Assembly (NCBI GenBank): GCA_011772645.1
Contig: WVZE01000036.1
Location: 1 to 46,725 of the forward strand
From: Candidatus Aenigmatarchaeota archaeon
GTDB lineage: Archaea > Aenigmatarchaeota > Aenigmatarchaeia > QMZP01 > QMZT01
Direction of reading: 5' to 3'
Length of the DNA: 46,725 nucleotides
The notes beneath the pieces are model-generated. The model was not told the DNA's origin. It made no database searches and saw nothing but the letters and a program-made list of their open reading frames with translations. The translations under genes and the position numbers were made by a program. Every line of letters begins with the position of its first letter. Position 1 is the first letter of the stretch. Of this stretch, positions 42,442 through 46,725 are shown in pieces.

Positions 42442-42900
42442 ATGATATATACGGTACGAACTACATCGGGAAGGGAGAACATCGTTATGGACATGATCTA
42501 CACCTCTGTAAAGGCAAAGAATCTCGACGTGAAAAGCATAGTCCACCCGAGTGAACTTAAAGGCTACGTGTTCATTGAGGGAAGACTCGGCGAGGTCCAC
42601 AAAGCCGTTCAGGGTGTGATGCACATAAAGGGAGTGATAGACAAGCCTGTTGAGCTCCCCGAGATACAGCACTTCTTTGAGTCCAAGAAAGCGAAGATAA
42701 TGGTCAGCGAGGGGGACATCATCGAGATAATAGGCGGACCCTTCAAGGGTGAGAAGGGAAAGATAGAGAGGATAGACCAGGTCAAGGACGAAGTCACGGT
42801 TGAATTGCTCGAAGCGAGCATACCAATTCCGGTTACGATTTCTACCGAGCTGGTTAAGCTGATCAAGAGGGAGAAGGCAGAAAAGAAGGAAGAGGAATGA
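42442..42900 (+). CDS. spt5: Transcription elongation factor Spt5 (archaeal NusG)
   Basis: NGN-domain start MIYTVRTTSGRE and KOW motif GDIIEIIGGPFKGEKGKIERID. Confidence 0.9.
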   Translation: MIYTVRTTSGRENIVMDMIYTSVKAKNLDVKSIVHPSELKGYVFIEGRLGEVHKAVQGVMHIKGVIDKPVELPEIQHFFESKKAKIMVSEGDIIEIIGGPFKGEKGKIERIDQVKDEVTVELLEASIPIPVTISTELVKLIKREKAEKKEEE

Positions 42901-43547
42901 TTATGCCGAAGGAGAAAGTGGAAGTGATGGTTGAAGCCGGGAAGGCGAGTGCAGCGCCTCCCCTTGGACCCGCGCTAGGTCCTCTGGGCGTTCCCATACA
43001 GAACGTGATAGATGAGATAAACAGGAAGACGAAAGACCTGGAAGGGATGAAGGTCCCGGTTACCGTCATAGTTGATACCGTAACGAAAGGTTTCGAGATC
43101 AAGGTTGGTTCTCCTCCCGCAGCGGCGCTGATCAGGAAGGAACTAGGGATTGAGAAGGGATCGAGCGAGACAGGGAAGATCCGTGCGGGGGATTTGAGTG
43201 AGGAGCAGGTTAAAAAGGTCGCCTCCGCGAAGTTCGGCTCGACAGAGGATCGCTACGTTAACCAGATCAAAGGAACCGCCCGGAGTATGGGCATAACGAT
43301 CGGTGAGGGAAAGCTTTCGGAAGAGGAAATGAAGGCAGCAGAGGAAGCGCACAAGAAAGCGGCAGAAGAAGCGGCAGCGGCGGAAGCTGCGGCTGCTGCA
43401 CCTGCGGAAGGCGCTCCGGCAGAGGGTGAAGCCCCGAAAGAAGGGGAAGAGGCGAAAGAAGGCGAGGAGAAGCCGGAAGAGGCAAAGGAAGAGGAGAAGC
43501 CTGAGGGAGAGAAAGAGGGAAAGAAACCCAAAGAGAAAAAGGAATAA
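42897..43547 (+). CDS. rpl11: Ribosomal protein uL11 with ~70-aa Ala/Glu/Lys-rich C-terminal extension
   Basis: GKASAAPPLGPALGPLGV is the uL11 N-terminal signature. After ...MGITIGEG the protein continues with EEAAAAEAAAAAPAEG...KEGEEKPEE...KKPKEKKE. ATGA overlap with the spt5 stop; an alternative start is 42903. Confidence 0.9.
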   Translation: MIMPKEKVEVMVEAGKASAAPPLGPALGPLGVPIQNVIDEINRKTKDLEGMKVPVTVIVDTVTKGFEIKVGSPPAAALIRKELGIEKGSSETGKIRAGDLSEEQVKKVASAKFGSTEDRYVNQIKGTARSMGITIGEGKLSEEEMKAAEEAHKKAAEEAAAAEAAAAAPAEGAPAEGEAPKEGEEAKEGEEKPEEAKEEEKPEGEKEGKKPKEKKE

Positions 43548-43550
43548 GTT

Positions 43551-44066
43551 TCACCCTTTCATTTCTGTTTTTTCAGCGAGGCCCTTTTTTATCAGTAGAT
43601 CGGCGTTCGGTTCCGGGACAGTTGTAAGATCCCCTTTCTTGAAAGGGCCGTAATTCTTCATGTTTATTCCAACGAACTTCTCGACGTCCTCCAGGATCGT
43701 GACAAGAACGAGGTTTTCCTCCCCTTCCTCGAATTTCTCCTCCCTTTCCCTGTGGAATTCCTTTATCCGCTCGACAACCGTTTCGAAGAACTTTGTTTCT
43801 TCCGGGGTCATGTTCTCGGGAAGGACCCCTGAATCTATGAAACCGGGAGCGGAGTTAAGGATCTTCCTTTCCCTTGCCTGGAATATCGTGCGCAAACGTC
43901 TCTTTACCGAATCAAGCGCCCACCTGTCGGGCTCGATCTTCGCAACCTTTGATTTGTTCTCCAGATAGGCCTTCACCTGCTCGAAGAAATCCTCGGGGAG
44001 CTTTGTCAAACCCTGCGAGTTCTTCTCCTCATCGAATATCCTCCGAATCGTTTCGTCCGTGAGCAT
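43551..44066 (-). CDS. GINS complex subunit (Gins51-like)
   Basis: N-terminal EEKNSQGLTKLPEDFFEQVKAYL, central ERKILNSA...ENMTPEE..FF, and C-terminal FVG...NYGPFKKGDLTTVPEPNADLLIKKGLA resemble archaeal Gins51. By eye only. Confidence 0.55.
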   Translation of the reverse strand: MLTDETIRRIFDEEKNSQGLTKLPEDFFEQVKAYLENKSKVAKIEPDRWALDSVKRRLRTIFQARERKILNSAPGFIDSGVLPENMTPEETKFFETVVERIKEFHREREEKFEEGEENLVLVTILEDVEKFVGINMKNYGPFKKGDLTTVPEPNADLLIKKGLAEKTEMKG

Positions 44067-44116
44067 AATTAATTGGTACAGGCTAGAAATATAAAATTAA
44101 GTCTTTATTTAAATTT

Positions 44117-44380
44117 ATGAGTGATCTGCTTCACACCTTTAGGTTTAAGCCGAGACCATCTGCCATACCCTTGCTAAGAGAAAAAGTTGGTGAGAATCTT
44201 ATCAATTTCGAGTGGGTAAGAGCGGCTCACGAATGTTATAATTATAAATTTTTCTATAAGCCAAATAACAAAACTATAAGAGTGGAAGTACATTATGGAA
44301 CAAGTGCTCCGGCGACGGAAAGTAGACGTAATCTGAGAATTGCGGCCGCCGAAACCCTTGAAGAAGAAGGCTACATATAA
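44117..44380 (+). CDS. Hypothetical protein
   Basis: 87-aa ORF in an AT-richer spacer. No motif recognised. Confidence 0.3.
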   Translation: MSDLLHTFRFKPRPSAIPLLREKVGENLINFEWVRAAHECYNYKFFYKPNNKTIRVEVHYGTSAPATESRRNLRIAAAETLEEEGYI

Positions 44381-44435
44381 ACAATTTCTTTAAAAACCGC
44401 TAACGTAATAATTATTATGCGCCAAGGTGATTGCC

Positions 44436-46154
44436 ATGCCCATAAGACAGCCCATAATAAGCGTGCTCGGTCACGTGGATTCGGGGAAGACGACTTTGTT
44501 AGACAAGATCAGGGGAAGCGCTGTCGCTCCCGGGGAGGCCGGAGGGATCACCCAGCATATTGGAGCGTCCGAAATCCCGATAAAAAACATAATGGGGATA
44601 TGCGGTGATCTTGTCAAGAAGATGGGCATCGATGTCAAGATACCAGGTCTTCTTTTTATCGATACCCCAGGTCACGAAGCTTTTACGACCCTTAGGAAGA
44701 GGGGAGGGTCGATCTCGGACCTCGCGATCCTGATAATCGATATAAACGAGGGTTTTCAGCCGCAGACAGAGGAGAGTCTGATCTTCCTTAAGGAGTTCAA
44801 GACTCCGTTCGTTGTGGCTGCCACGAAGATCGACCGCATACTCGGGTGGAGATCCGAGGACGTGTGCTTCCTCCCGAACTTCAAGGAACAGGAGGAGCGC
44901 GTGCAGAACGAGGTGGAGGAGAAGATTTACAGGATCGTGGGCCAGCTCGGGGAGAAGGGATTCAAATCAGAGCGCTACGATCGCGTGGGGGATTTCGCAA
45001 AGGAAATCTGCATCGTCCCTGTCTCGGGCGTGACAGGGGAGGGGATACCTGATCTTTTGGTGGTTCTGACAGGACTCGCCCAGAGATATCTGGAGGAGAG
45101 GCTTGAGGTGACTTCCGGTATGGGAAAAGGGACGATCCTGGAGGTGAGGGAATTCAAGGGTCTGGGAACGACAATAGATGTCATACTTTACGATGGCGTT
45201 GTGAACAGGGGAGACACGCTCGTTGTCGGAGGGAAGGAGATATTCACGACAAAGGTCAAGGCCTTGCTCAAACCAGAGCCCCTGAAGGAGATGAGGGTGG
45301 AGAAGATGTTCAGGCCTGTGGGTCACGTGTCCGCTGCGACGGGCGTGAAGATATCGGCTCCTAACCTCGAGAACGTGATAGCCGGGTCTCCGGTCAGGTT
45401 CCTCAAGAGCGAGAGGGATCTCGGGAAGGCGAAGGAGGACATAGAGAGGGAGATAGAGGAAGTGGAGATAGAAACCGAAAATGAAGGATTGATCCTGAAG
45501 GCGGACACTCTCGGGAGCCTAGAGGGGTTGATCAAGGCCCTGAGGGATCTGAAAATCCCCATAAGGAAGGCAAAGGTGGGGAACGTCCTGAAATCGGACG
45601 TGATGGAGAGCTCGGGGATGGAGAATCCCGTGATATTCGCTTTCCATGTGGAAATCCTTCCGGATGCTTCCGAATCCGCCAAAAAACAGGGCGTGAGGAT
45701 CTTCAAATCGAGCGTGATCTACAAGCTGATCGAGGATTACCAGGAATGGGGTGAGGAGGAAAAAAGGAGGAAAGAGAAGGAACTCCTCGAGAGCGTGACC
45801 CATCCGGGAAGGGTAAAGATTCTCCCGGGTTATGTTTTCAGGCAGTCGAAACCCGCGATATTCGGAGTGGAAGTCCTCGGGGGAATGATAAAGCCCGGGT
45901 ATAAGCTCAGGAAAAGGGAGAAAACCGTGGGAGAGGTGAAGGAGCTTCAGATGGAGGGGGAGAACGTGGACAAGGCGAAGGCCGGGGATAAGGTTGCGCT
46001 ATCCATGGAAGGCGTTACGATCGGGAGGCAGGTGAGCGAGGGGGATACGCTCGAAACCGTGATGAAGGAAAAGGACTTCGAGGTCCTGAACAAATTCAAA
46101 TCGAAACTACCGGGGGACGAGAGGAAGCTTCTCGAGGAATTCGGGGGGAAATAA
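44436..46154 (+). CDS. infB: Translation initiation factor aIF5B (IF-2 homologue)
   Basis: GTPase motifs VLGHVDSGKTTLLD, DTPGHEAF and TKID, with domain order as in aIF5B. ATG 44436 lies 5 nt after AAGGTGA; the track start is GTG 44427. Confidence 0.9.
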   Translation: MPIRQPIISVLGHVDSGKTTLLDKIRGSAVAPGEAGGITQHIGASEIPIKNIMGICGDLVKKMGIDVKIPGLLFIDTPGHEAFTTLRKRGGSISDLAILIIDINEGFQPQTEESLIFLKEFKTPFVVAATKIDRILGWRSEDVCFLPNFKEQEERVQNEVEEKIYRIVGQLGEKGFKSERYDRVGDFAKEICIVPVSGVTGEGIPDLLVVLTGLAQRYLEERLEVTSGMGKGTILEVREFKGLGTTIDVILYDGVVNRGDTLVVGGKEIFTTKVKALLKPEPLKEMRVEKMFRPVGHVSAATGVKISAPNLENVIAGSPVRFLKSERDLGKAKEDIEREIEEVEIETENEGLILKADTLGSLEGLIKALRDLKIPIRKAKVGNVLKSDVMESSGMENPVIFAFHVEILPDASESAKKQGVRIFKSSVIYKLIEDYQEWGEEEKRRKEKELLESVTHPGRVKILPGYVFRQSKPAIFGVEVLGGMIKPGYKLRKREKTVGEVKELQMEGENVDKAKAGDKVALSMEGVTIGRQVSEGDTLETVMKEKDFEVLNKFKSKLPGDERKLLEEFGGK

Positions 46155-46181
46155 TATAAAAAACAAGGTTCAAGTGATATT

Positions 46182-46589
46182 ATGCAATCCTATGAAAAAC
46201 TCTTGGACGAGGCATTCGGGAAACTTCCAAAGCGTTCGGAATCTTCCGAGAGATTCCAGATGCCGAAAGCGAGCATCCTGCCGGCTGGGGCGCGAACCAT
46301 AATAACCAACTTCGTTGAGATAGCGAATTCTCTAAGGAGAAAACCAGATCACCTGCAGAAATTCCTTCTGAAAGAGCTCGCCACGTCCGGGGAACTCCAG
46401 GGGAACAGGCTGGTCGTGCAGGGGAGGTTCAGGTCGGACGTTGTGGACAGGAAAATCGAACTCTACGCGAAGGAATACGTTTTCTGCCCGGACTGCGGGA
46501 AGCCCGATACGAAATTCCTGAAGGAGGATCGTTATCTTTTTCTCAAGTGCGAGGCGTGCGGATCAAGGCATGTGGTAAAGAAGGTTTAG
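46182..46589 (+). CDS. eif2b: Translation initiation factor aIF2 subunit beta
   Basis: YEKLLDEAF start, a central helical domain and the C-terminal zinc ribbon CPDCGKPDT...CEACG. Confidence 0.85.
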   Translation: MQSYEKLLDEAFGKLPKRSESSERFQMPKASILPAGARTIITNFVEIANSLRRKPDHLQKFLLKELATSGELQGNRLVVQGRFRSDVVDRKIELYAKEYVFCPDCGKPDTKFLKEDRYLFLKCEACGSRHVVKKV

Positions 46590-46591
46590 TT

Positions 46592-46725
46592 CTATAAGAG
46601 CGGTATTTCCATGCAGTTGCAGAATTTATTCTCTGTCGCAGAACATATGTTCTCAAAATTGGAATCTATCGCGAGTATGTAGTCAGCTCCCTCGTAATCG
46701 ACCCTGTACATCCATTGGATGGTTG
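46592..46725 (-). CDS. C-terminal fragment of an unidentified protein (N-terminus beyond window end)
   Basis: Hand translation of the minus strand gives ...TIQWMYRVDYEGADYILAIDSNFENICSATENKFCNCMEIPLL then a stop (TAG, complement of 46592-46594). It is open to the window edge. Confidence 0.35.
   Translation of the reverse strand, partial: TIQWMYRVDYEGADYILAIDSNFENICSATENKFCNCMEIPLL

Noticed and set aside
43253-43554. Two minus-strand ORFs of 92 and 95 aa (Ser/Pro/Ala-rich)
   Set aside because: They mirror the GAA/GCA/GCG-rich repeat-like coding sequence of the uL11 tail and are a compositional artefact.
1-46725. CRISPR arrays, rRNA genes and transposase/IS elements
   Set aside because: I scanned for regularly spaced short repeats, rRNA-like conserved stretches and terminal inverted repeats flanking transposase-like ORFs. 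None was seen. The only convincing long-range repeat is the 16-bp att pair.

Overview
Compact archaeal chromosomal segment, almost fully coding. All protein calls were made by eye from motifs in the supplied translations; no database search was run. Archaeal markers are RNA polymerase subunit D (Rpo3), Spt5/NusG, SecE, uL11, aIF5B, aIF2-beta, RNase P Rpp21, a GINS subunit, two FtsZ paralogues, GGTGA-type ribosome-binding sites and intron-containing tRNAs. Classical operon order is broken: rpoD stands alone and uL11 is not followed by L1/P0/P1. With a class II LysRS and a type IV pilus-like locus, this fits a small-genome, possibly DPANN-like archaeon, which is inference only. Main findings: (1) an unrecognisable seven-gene co-directional cluster at 27841-31511, divergent from one ftsZ, with an HExxH protein and three paralogous polytopic membrane proteins; (2) a ~4 kb AT-rich integrated element at 21761-25802, inserted in the 3' end of a tRNA-Gln-like gene, bounded by a perfect 16-bp direct repeat and carrying a tyrosine integrase; (3) all four tRNA genes appear interrupted (five introns), with insertions in the T-arm of tRNA-His and the D-loop of tRNA-Ile; (4) a free-standing double-motif LAGLIDADG ORF whose 3' end reads into the tRNA-Leu gene; (5) a PflX-type radical SAM gene followed by a small acidic Cys-rich ORF; (6) uL11 with a stalk-protein-like Ala/Glu/Lys tail; (7) an archaeal adenylate-kinase-like protein with a degenerate P-loop. 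No rRNA genes or CRISPR arrays were seen.
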